Shown in pieces: positions 32,061 to 40,712 of a stretch of DNA of 64,000 nt. Below the pieces are notes generated by a model. It searched no databases, was not told where the DNA came from, and saw only the letters and a program-made list of their open reading frames with translations. Numbering within the stretch: position 1 is the first letter of the stretch; every line of letters begins with the position of its first letter. Made by a program: the position numbers and the translations under genes. Origin of the DNA: an uncultured Planctomycetaceae bacterium (GTDB taxonomy: Bacteria; Planctomycetota; Planctomycetia; Planctomycetales; Planctomycetaceae); contig CAWFGE010000020.1 in NCBI GenBank assembly GCA_963815195.1, forward strand, positions 96,001 through 160,000, in the 5' to 3' direction.

Positions 32061-32171
32061 GTTTTAGACCACCGCTTGCGGACGCTTTGATCGCATCGCA
32101 GGGTCCGCTCAAAAAGTTCACAGCCTGTGTGCGGACGGGCGACAGAGCTTTTGGTCCGCACGGATGCCACT

Positions 32172-32310
32172 GGTGGCACGTCCCTGAGCGCAGCGAAGGG
32201 CGTGGTCGATCGCACCACCACCGCCCGCATTGGGTGGCACGTCCCGAGCGCAGCGAAGGGCGTGGTCGATCGCACCACCACGCCCTTCGCTGCGCTCAGG
32301 GCGTGCCACC
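32172..32310. repeat. REP family C cluster (GGTGGCACGYCCCTGAGCGCAGCGAAGGGCGTG): two direct copies and one inverted
   Basis: Copies start at 32172 and 32233; inverted copy ends at 32310. Confidence 0.85.
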
Positions 32311-32423
32311 GGTGCCGCTGGCAACTTGTTGCCAGTGCATTCACGGTGTAGGCTGAAGAAAGTTTCCATCAGAACGGAATTTGATCTGAGGAAATCACTG
32401 GCAGCAAGCTGCCAGTGGCACCC
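32311..32423. repeat. REPIN-like element D (GGTGCCGCTGGCAACTTGTTGCCAGTG ... CACTGGCAGCAAGCTGCCAGTGGCACCC)
   Basis: Inverted hairpin arms; first 62 bp repeated at 33657-33718. Confidence 0.82.
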
Positions 32424-32469
32424 GCGCATAGAAGTTCCGACGTTCGACCACATTTTTGGAGGACCGGCC

Positions 32470-33641
32470 ATGACTGCTGTGGGAAGAGATCTGGACGCCC
32501 CCGGGCCGGCACGTCGCTTTGGAACCGGTTGGATCAGCGGCGTCCTGGCGTTGGCGTTTTCCGCGGTCGGTCTGGGGACCGTGCTGTGTCTCCGCTACCC
32601 CGATCTGCTCACCATGCCGGAGGCACGCGCACTTTATGATGTGGCGCTCATCCGGCTCGCACTGCACCTGGTCCTCCTCGGCGCGTTTTTCCTTGGAATC
32701 GTCAGCGTCGTCCTGCGGCAAAACAAGGTTCTTGGGTTCGTTTCCATCGCGACTGTCTTGGCGGCCGCCGTGCTGGGCGGCTCGCACGCCCAGGATCGGC
32801 TCCATCGCCACAGCGACGTCTATTTTGGGCTGGACTATTTCTTGCTCAACCTCGTTCTCATGGGGCTTGTCTTCGTCCCGATCGAGCGTGTCCTCGGCAA
32901 GCGCGAGCAACCCATCTTTCGCACCGAATGGCGCGAGGACTTGTTGTATTTCCTGATCGCCAGCCTCCTCGTCCAGGCGTTGACCTATCTGTCCCTGGCC
33001 CCGGCATCGCCATTCTCCACCACACGGACTGGGGCGGGCTGCGCCAGCGGGTGGGCAGTCAACCGGTGATCCTCCAGTTCGCCGAGATCATGTTCCTGAC
33101 CGATCTGGCGCAATACTGGATGCACCGGATCTTCCATCGCGTTTCCTTCTTGTGGAAGTTCCATGCGGTCCATCATTCGGCCAAAACCATGGATTGGCTC
33201 GCCAGCTCGCGGATGCACGTTGTGGAAATCGTGTGCCTGCGCGGCGTGACGGTCATCCCCATGTATGTTCTGGGCTTCAGCCAGCCGGCCCTGTACGCGT
33301 ACCTGTTGTTTGTGTATTTCTTGTCGGCGCTCGTCCATTCCAACCTGCGCATCAACTTCGGGTTTCTGGAATGGTTGCTGGTCAGCCCGCGGTTTCACCA
33401 CTGGCACCACGCCGTCGAGAAGGAAGCCATCGATAGAAACTTCGCGGTCCATTTTCCGCTCTTGGACTGGCTTTTCGGAACGTACTACCTACCCGCCGAC
33501 GGCAAATGGCCCGGCGGCTACGGCATCGGGAATAACCCCGTGCCCTCCGGCTTCGTGAAACAATTCGTGCATCCATTTCTCAGGAAGCGAACGCCCGACG
33601 TCGCGGGAGCCAGTTCCCAAAGCCAGGGAGACAGCAAGTAG
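32470..33641 (+). CDS. Sterol desaturase / fatty-acid hydroxylase family; frameshift near 33000
   Basis: His boxes YWMHRIFH, FHAVHHS, HSN, FHHWHH; multiple TM helices. Confidence 0.88.
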
Positions 33642-33656
33642 CATCGGCCGCGCACG

Positions 33657-33770
33657 GGTGCCGCTGGCAAATTGTTGCCAGTGCATTCACGGTGTAGGCT
33701 GACGAAAGTTTCCATCAGCCACATCGTAGGGCCGGCCTTTTTTTGATGACAACGATCAATCTCACATCTG
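33657..33770. repeat. Half element D followed by a degenerate element B arm
   Basis: 33657-33718 matches 32311-32372 with 2 mismatches; then GTAGGGCCGGCCTTTTTTTGATGACAACGAT. Confidence 0.75.
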
Positions 33771-33856
33771 TATGCGCACAGCAGGTGCTACAATTTCTCA
33801 GAACACCACGCGATACCGCTATCGACATTCTTTAGCGCCAACGGTATCCTGAACCA

Positions 33857-34228
33857 ATGGACCAACCAGTCACGATTTCCGACGATTTGATCCGCGAAGC
33901 TTCCCTGATGGCTGAGGTTTCAAAGCGGTCTCTCTCCGCCCAAATCGAGTTTTGGGCTTCGTTGGGACGCTCGTTGGAACCTCTGCTGCGAGGCGAACAG
34001 GTCATCGCTCTCCGGCGGTCATCGAGTGCAAGACCGTTGTCTGAGGCTGTTCGCGATGTGGATACCGATGCGGGGCGAAAACGCGTCAAGGGCTATTTGG
34101 ACGCCGGGCCGTTTCCCCATTTTGAAGCCGTCCCGGATTCTCCGGGGCTATTGCGAAAGATCGAAGCGGACGGCACCGTGACGCTCGGCAAATTCGTCAA
34201 CCGGGTTTTCGAACCCGTCGAGCCGTGA
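33857..34228 (+). CDS. ParD-like antitoxin (RHH)
   Basis: PVTISDDL..EA..AEVSKRSLSAQIEFWASLGR pattern; directly upstream of a P-loop gene. Confidence 0.72.
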   Translation: MDQPVTISDDLIREASLMAEVSKRSLSAQIEFWASLGRSLEPLLRGEQVIALRRSSSARPLSEAVRDVDTDAGRKRVKGYLDAGPFPHFEAVPDSPGLLRKIEADGTVTLGKFVNRVFEPVEP

Positions 34229-34229
34229 C

Positions 34230-34590
34230 ATGGACTACGACTTTCTCGACAACCGCCCGATCGTCATCGCGATTGCGGGTTCCAACGGTGCCGGGAAATC
34301 GACCTTTTATCATTCCTACCTCTCTCATACCGATCTGCGGTTCATCAACGCGGACGATCTGGCGTTGGAGTTGGGACTCGGACCTTACGAAGCGGCACAA
34401 GTGGCTGATGCCTTGCGGCGAGTTTTAGTCGAGAAACGGGAAAGTTTCATCTTTGAAACAGTGCTATCCGATCCGGTGGGCGAGAAGGTGGGATTTCTTT
34501 GCGATGCGGCCAAGTTGGGTTATGAAGTCGCACTGATTTTTATCCGCATCGCCGATGTGGAAACGTCAGTCGAAAGAGTCTCCATGCGAC
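34230..34590 (+). pseudogene. Zeta-toxin-like/AAA P-loop protein, truncated at the C-terminus
   Basis: IAGSNGAGKSTF, FINADD, SFIFETVLS; similarity stops at ERVSMR, before the expected GGH motif. Confidence 0.72.
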
Positions 34591-34659
34591 GTTCTCCTCA
34601 AATCCATGATCGCGGATCTCAAATAACCGCATTTTCGGTGCGGCGGGGACGTGGCGCGA

Positions 34660-35238
34660 TCAGGAATTCTCAACGGGGCAATGAGCGGAAATCACGAGGG
34701 CCGCGATGCGGCGGGCGATGTCTGCGGTGTGATTATTGCCGGTGACGTGGCGGGTCACGTAGGCGCCTTCCATAATCAGGCACAATTCCTGGGCCAGCGC
34801 AAAGGGGTCGTCCGCGCCCGCGTCATCGGCGAGGGCCGCGATAATCGACTCGATCGCGCGTTTGTTTTCCAAGGCGGCGAGGTGGGCGGGTTCGTGGGGC
34901 AATGGAAACTCCATGGCCGCGTTGACGAAAATGCAGCCCTGAAAACCGTCGGACTCGAGGATGGTTTCCACGACGTCGAGCACGGCGTGAAGCTGGCCCA
35001 TCGCCGTCGGACCGCCTCGCTCGCGAATCATTGTGCGGAAGGTATCCAGGATCCAAATATTCTGCATTTCCAGCGCTGCGAGCATCAGGTCCTCTTTGCT
35101 CCCGAAATGTTTGTAGAACGCCGTCTTGCTGATCCCCACATCCGTCAGGATTTGATCGATGCCCACCATGCGAAATCCATCGCGGTAAAATCGGCGAACG
35201 GCGGCTTCGACGAGGCGTTTTCGAGTCGGCGTTTTCAT
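34660..35238 (-). CDS. TetR/AcrR family regulator (paralogue of 31482-32060)
   Basis: FYRDGF..VGIDQILTDVGISKTAFYKHFGSKEDL; GCIFVNAAMEFP; DP.ALAQE. Confidence 0.92.
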   Translation of the reverse strand: MKTPTRKRLVEAAVRRFYRDGFRMVGIDQILTDVGISKTAFYKHFGSKEDLMLAALEMQNIWILDTFRTMIRERGGPTAMGQLHAVLDVVETILESDGFQGCIFVNAAMEFPLPHEPAHLAALENKRAIESIIAALADDAGADDPFALAQELCLIMEGAYVTRHVTGNNHTADIARRIAALVISAHCPVENS

Positions 35239-35259
35239 GGCGTGCTCCCGCGTTTGGGG

Positions 35260-35297
35260 TGGACCACAAGTCAACCACCCAGTTTACCACAAGTCAA
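35260..35297. promoter_or_regulatory. Tandem operators matching those at 31408-31443
   Basis: TGGACCACAAGTCAA (35260-35274) and TTTACCACAAGTCAA (35283-35297); reverse complement TTGACTTGTGGT(C/A). Confidence 0.7.
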
Positions 35298-35402
35298 CTT
35301 GGCAAGACCGCTGTTTGAGCAATAATCCCTCCGTGAGCGAAACAATCGGAATCCAAACCGGTTCTCGCGTTTTGCATCTGGAACCCTTGCGGAGGCGCGG
35401 AA

Positions 35403-36218
35403 ATGACACGTTGGCTTTACTTTCTGTATGGCGTGGGCGGTCACTTGTTGTTCTTAGGGACCTATGCCTTTATGGCCGGGTTCGTCGGCCATTTCTTCGT
35501 GCCTTGGACGATCGACACCGGGGCCGGGGACTCCCTGGGTTTGTCGATCGCCATCGATCTCCTGCTGTTGGGACTGTTTGCGGCTCAGCACTCGCTCATG
35601 GCCCGGCCGGCGTTCAAGCGAATCTGGACACGGCTCGTCCCCAAACCGATTGAACGCAGCACATACGTCCTCCTGAGCTGCCTCGTCCTCATCGTGACGA
35701 TGTGGCAATGGCGCGGGATCGACACGGTGGTTTGGGATGTGACGCAACCCGCATTCCGCAGCGTGCTCTGGGGCCTGTTTGCCGTGGGCTGGCTCACGGT
35801 CCCGATCGTCAGTTTAATGATCGACCATTTTGATTTGTTCGGGACGCGCCAGGTTTGGCTCTATCTGAAAGGACGGGAGTACGAATCGCTGCCGTTTCGC
35901 GTGCCGGCGTTCTACAAACACGTCCGGCATCCGCTCTACGTCGGATGGGCTCTGGCGTTTTGGGCGATCCCGACGATGACCGTCGGGCATCTCCTGTTCG
36001 CCGGCGTTTTGACGGGTTACATGGGATTGGCGGCGATCATTGAAGAGCGCGATCTGGTGGCTCACTTCGGCCGGCAGTATCTCGACTACCGGCGGCGGGT
36101 TCCCATGTTCGTGCCGCGATTCCGCCAGCAAGCCGCGGTTCCGACTCCATCAACCCAATTGCCGGAACCCGCAACGATCGCAAGCAGCAACGGATTTGAA
36201 CCGCTGAGCGGACCATAA
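35403..36218 (+). CDS. mddA: Methanethiol S-methyltransferase-like membrane methyltransferase (ICMT/NnrU clan)
   Basis: QHSLMARPAFK, ERSTYVL, WQWR, IDHFDLFGTRQV, VRHPLY, PTMTVGHLLFA, EERDL, VPM. Confidence 0.78.
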   Translation: MTRWLYFLYGVGGHLLFLGTYAFMAGFVGHFFVPWTIDTGAGDSLGLSIAIDLLLLGLFAAQHSLMARPAFKRIWTRLVPKPIERSTYVLLSCLVLIVTMWQWRGIDTVVWDVTQPAFRSVLWGLFAVGWLTVPIVSLMIDHFDLFGTRQVWLYLKGREYESLPFRVPAFYKHVRHPLYVGWALAFWAIPTMTVGHLLFAGVLTGYMGLAAIIEERDLVAHFGRQYLDYRRRVPMFVPRFRQQAAVPTPSTQLPEPATIASSNGFEPLSGP

Positions 36219-36260
36219 AAAAACCGCACCGGGCCGCGCATTTGGTGCGCGGCGGTGCGG
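36217..36260. terminator. GC-rich hairpin with 5' A-tract (terminator-like)
   Basis: AAAAAA-CCGCACC-GG-GCCGCGCA-TTTGG-TGCGCGGC-GGTGCGG right after the mddA stop; the U-tract is on the minus strand. Confidence 0.5.
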
Positions 36261-36706
36261 CGACCGTTCGGTTTTTGACGCCGAAGGGCGGCTTGGAGCC
36301 GTCGTTCGGCATTTTTTGCCGGGATTTGTGGGCCTTCGAGAAGGTCTTCAATCATAAATCCCGGCCCGGATATCCGGTGGAGGAACCGATCTTGGGGAGG
36401 AGGACAGTCTCGATTCCGGTCTCGCCATGATTCGCGAATCGGTTCTTTGCCGCGGAAACTGTCTGGGCAAAGGGGCCGGCGGACCGGAAACCCACCGGCT
36501 GGTGGAGTCCCCAATTCAATCCCTCTACCCTATAGGGAGTTGATTGCGCCACAAGCCGGTGTGTCGACGCAACGAGCGAAATGAAAAGGAGATGGCGCGA
36601 CGATGGCTCCGTTTGCCGTGGCCAACCTGGAAACGATCAACGGAATCTGATATGGTAATTCCCTGATCTATTGGGCTGGGGCCTTTGCAAAGAACGGTGG
36701 GATTTC

Positions 36707-38069
36707 ATGCTGACTTTATTCGGACAACAATCGCGGCGGGTGGGGTTTTGTGATGGCATTTCGCGGCGAAACTTCTTGCGGATCGGGGGCTTGGGGCTGG
36801 CGGGGTTGACGTTGCCCCAGTTGCTCAAAGCCGAGGCCGCCGGGAAGGGTCGGTCGCCGAAGTCGGTGATTATGATTTACCTCGTCGGGGGGCCGCCGCA
36901 TCAGGACATGTTCGACCTCAAGCCGGAGGCTCCCCAGGAAATCGCCGGCCCCTGGCGACCGATCGAAACCAACGTCCCGGGGATCGAGATTTGCGAAGCC
37001 TTCCCCAGGCTGGCGGGGATGATGGACAAGCTGGTGCCGATCCGTTCGCTGGTCGGTTCGCAAAGCGGGCACGACGCGATCCAGGTCTTCAACGGCCACG
37101 ATCCCCGAGGCCCCAAACCCTCGGGCGGCTGGCCGCAGTTCGGGTCGGCGGTCGCGAAGGTACAGGGCCAAGCCAACCCGGCCACGCCCGGGTTCGTCAG
37201 CCTGTGTTACGCATGCACCCACGGCCCGTATAACGAACCGGGGCCGGGCTTTTTGGGGCCGAGCTATTCGCCGTTCCGCCCGCTGGGGCCGACGCGGAGC
37301 GATATGGTCCTCAATGGCGTGACGCTGGAACGGCTCGCCGACCGGCGGGCGCTTTTAAGCAGCGTGGACCGCTTTCGCCGATCCGCCGACGCCAGCGGGA
37401 TGATGGACGGCCTCGACACGTTTCACCGAACAGGCGATGGGCTTGCTCACCTCGTCGAAACTGGCGGACGCTTTGGATCTCTCCCAGGAAGATCCCCGCA
37501 TCGTCGCCCGCTACGGCACGGGCGATCCCAAAATCCACATGGACGGCAACGGCGCGCCGCGCGTGCCGCAAAGCCTGCTCGTCGCCCGGCGGCTGATCGA
37601 AGCCGGCGTCCGCATCGTGACGCTCAACTACAGCAAATGGGATTGGCACGGCGGGAACAACAATTCGATCTTCAAACGCGAAGGCGAAGACTTCCCCGTG
37701 TTCGATCAATGCGTAAGCGCCCTGGTGGAAGACCTCCACGTCCGCGGCTTGGACAAGGATTGTGCGGTCATCATCTGGGGCGAGTTCGGGCGGACTCCCA
37801 AAATTTCCGCCCAAGTCGGCCGCGACCATTGGCCGCGCGTGAACTCCGCCTTGATGGCCGGCGGCGGACTCAAAACCGGCCAGGTCATCGGGTCCACGGA
37901 TCGGCTCGGAGGCGAAGCGATCTCGCGTCCGGTCACCTTCCCGGAAATCTACGCCACCCTCTACCGCCACCTGGGCATCGACACCCGCTACGCCACGATT
38001 AGCGACCTGAACGGCCGCCCGCAGTACCTCGTCGAAGGCCAAGCCGAACCGCTCGCGGAATTGATCTGA
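36707..38069 (+). CDS. DUF1501 family protein; frameshift near 37425
   Basis: [50 protein letters not shown]. Confidence 0.9.
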
Positions 38070-38241
38070 TTCCGGAACGGTGCCCGCCAACCACGATCGG
38101 CCCACTTCGACGGAACACAAAGAGCAGCTAATGAAGGGAAAAGCTTCAGAGCCTCTCGCCAGATGCCGCGCGGACTATCAAGCAAAACTCGCCGAAATGG
38201 CCGTCACGAAGTGACGCATGCGTTCTATAAAACGGGCGAGT

Positions 38242-39093
38242 TTACCGTTTGGGCGATTCGAAGCGGATCGATTTGCGGACGCCGAGGCGGTGAGCCCAGA
38301 ACTCGGCGATCACGCCGAGCGTTGAGATCCCGTATTTCAAGCTGCGGCGGAAGTTGATGCTGGAGGCTTCGGGGAAATAGCGGACCGGCATGGGGATGTC
38401 GCCAATTCGGAAACCGAAATGGGCCGCCTGCGCGAGGAACTGGCTGTCGAACACAAAATCGTCCGAGTTGTTTTGGAAGGGAATCGTTTCCAGGACCTTA
38501 CGGCGATAGGCGCGAAAGCCGCTGTGCAGGTCGCCGCTATTCTGGCCGAGGGCGAAGTTTTCCAAGCTCGTCAGAAAGCGGTTGGCCCAGTATTTGTAAT
38601 GGGGCATGCCGTTCTGGATCGCTTCCGCCCGCGAGCGGATCCGAGAACCCAGCACGATGTCGCAAATTCCCAACCTCAAAAACTCCACGGCGGCGGCGAC
38701 GACCCGGCTGTCGTATTGATAGTCGGGATGCACCATCGCCACATAATCCGCTCCGCGGTTCAAGGCGTGTTCGTAGCAGGTCTTCTGATTCGCACCATAG
38801 CCGCCGTTTCGCCGGCGTTCGACGACCGTCAGCCCCAATTCGCGGGCGACTTCCACGGTGGCATCCTGGCTGCAATCGTCGACGAGGATGATTTCATCCA
38901 CCGCCTCGGCCGGGAGGTCGGCCACGGTCTTATGCAGTGTGCGTTCGGCATTATAGGCGGGCATTACGACCACCACCCGCGCGGAATGCGCCTCGGGATG
39001 GGCCGCTTCTTCCAAGAGCGTTTCGATCCGCCGCAGCTCGGCGGACGCCATGACTTCGGTTGTGGAATGATCCAGCGAATTCAAAGCGGCCAC
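38242..39093 (-). CDS. GT2 polyprenol-phosphate glycosyltransferase (DPM1-like)
   Basis: [39 protein letters not shown]; start uncertain. Confidence 0.85.
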   Translation of the reverse strand: MAALNSLDHSTTEVMASAELRRIETLLEEAAHPEAHSARVVVVMPAYNAERTLHKTVADLPAEAVDEIILVDDCSQDATVEVARELGLTVVERRRNGGYGANQKTCYEHALNRGADYVAMVHPDYQYDSRVVAAAVEFLRLGICDIVLGSRIRSRAEAIQNGMPHYKYWANRFLTSLENFALGQNSGDLHSGFRAYRRKVLETIPFQNNSDDFVFDSQFLAQAAHFGFRIGDIPMPVRYFPEASSINFRRSLKYGISTLGVIAEFWAHRLGVRKSIRFESPKR

Positions 39094-39278
39094 GGATTGC
39101 CCCTTACGTTTCTATCGGCGGACGATGGTGGATCTCTAGCCAGGTCGGAATCCGCGCTGCGAACTCCTCGCCCAAGTCTAGGTCAGAAACCGATGCGCAG
39201 CGGCAACTTTTCGAGCTATCTTTTCAAAGCCCGTTGCCGCGGAGCAACATCCGTCAAGTTCGTATTCAGTCTGCCCTC

Positions 39279-40700
39279 ATGAAAGCCATCCCCCTCAATC
39301 CCGCTCAAACCCTCGCCGCTCGCCGGCGGGTGTTGATCCATCTCGGGATCCTGACCGGTCTGTTCGCAATGACGGTCTGGTTATATATGCCAAGCCGATC
39401 GTTTGAGTTCGTGAATTGGGATGATCCCTGGTATATCCAAAACAACCCGCTGGTCCAGTCATGGAACCTGGCGAACCTCAAGGGCATCGCCACGGAAACG
39501 GTCGCGCGGAACTATGCGCCTTTGACGATTTTTTCGTTTCTGCTCGACCATACGTTTTGGGGCGATTGGGCGGGCGGTTATCATTTGACGAATCTCGTAC
39601 TGCACGCCGTCAATGCACAGCTAGTGTTCTTCGTGATTCGGCAGGTGACGGGGCGAACCGACTGGGCCGCGGCGACGGCCGTTCTGTTCGCCGTGCATCC
39701 CGTGCAGGTGGAGTCGGTCGCGTGGGTCTCGTCCCGCAAAGGATTGTTGTCCGGGGCTTTTATCCTGGCTTCGCTGCTCTGTTGGCTTCGCGAAGACCGA
39801 AAACCCAAGCACGAAGGCTGGGGCATCTTGCTGTTGGCTTTGGCGCTACTATGCAAGGCGATTGCGGTCGTCGTTCCCGCGATCGTGCTGGCTTATGATG
39901 TGATCGTCCGCCGGCAGAAGTTATCCGAAGCCGTCGTGCGGCAGATCATCCCCGGCTTTCTCGCGGCGTGGCTGCTATTGGCCACGATGTCGGCCCAGGT
40001 CACCGAACTCGGCGGCGTGCGGGCGCATTTGGGGCTCAATCGCTTGGAGATTTTCGCCATCGACCTTATCATTCTCTGGCGCTATGTGGGGATGCTTCTC
40101 TCTCCACACAATCCTTGCGTGCTTTATGATCTTCCCATAACGGGAATCTGGCCGCTTGCCACGTTCGCGGGACTCGTCTGGGCCGGCGTCGGTTGGTGGA
40201 TGTGGTCGAGACGAACTCGGCAGCCCCTAGTGCTCTTCGCGGCCCTCTGTTGGATCTTTCTTTTGATTCCCGTGCTCAATCTATTTCCCATCACGACCTT
40301 AATGAATGACCGGTACCTCTACCTGCCCAGTATCCCGGCGATCGCATTGCTGGTGGCTAGTCTAGGTGTTGTGTTGGAGCGTGTGGGGCAGTCAACGTCT
40401 CTTCGCTTCAGCCGCGCGATTGGGGGCGTATTGATGCTAGCCATCGCCGGCGGTCTTATAAAACAAACGCGGGACTATCTTCCGGTTTGGCGAAGCGATC
40501 TTGCTCTCTGGGAACATGCCGCCCAGGAAGTGCCGGAGCTTCCGGTCGTGCAGATTCAAAGGGCGATTTCACTCAAGAACGCAGGCCAGAGGGCGGCTGC
40601 AATCAACGCTTTGAATTTTGCCCTCACTCATTGCGAACCGGATGACATCGACCGGAAGCGCATTGAAGAGAAGCTGGTTCAATTCAGAGAATCCCGTTGA
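39279..40700 (+). CDS. TMTC-like GT-C membrane glycosyltransferase (protein O-mannosyltransferase-like)
   Basis: FVNWDD..YI..NP, YAPLT, YHLTNLVLH, LFAVHPVQVESVAWVSSRK, DRYLYLP, VWRSDLALW, short TPR-like tail. Confidence 0.82.
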   Translation: MKAIPLNPAQTLAARRRVLIHLGILTGLFAMTVWLYMPSRSFEFVNWDDPWYIQNNPLVQSWNLANLKGIATETVARNYAPLTIFSFLLDHTFWGDWAGGYHLTNLVLHAVNAQLVFFVIRQVTGRTDWAAATAVLFAVHPVQVESVAWVSSRKGLLSGAFILASLLCWLREDRKPKHEGWGILLLALALLCKAIAVVVPAIVLAYDVIVRRQKLSEAVVRQIIPGFLAAWLLLATMSAQVTELGGVRAHLGLNRLEIFAIDLIILWRYVGMLLSPHNPCVLYDLPITGIWPLATFAGLVWAGVGWWMWSRRTRQPLVLFAALCWIFLLIPVLNLFPITTLMNDRYLYLPSIPAIALLVASLGVVLERVGQSTSLRFSRAIGGVLMLAIAGGLIKQTRDYLPVWRSDLALWEHAAQEVPELPVVQIQRAISLKNAGQRAAAINALNFALTHCEPDDIDRKRIEEKLVQFRESR

Positions 40701-40712
40701 GCCGCTTCGCGG

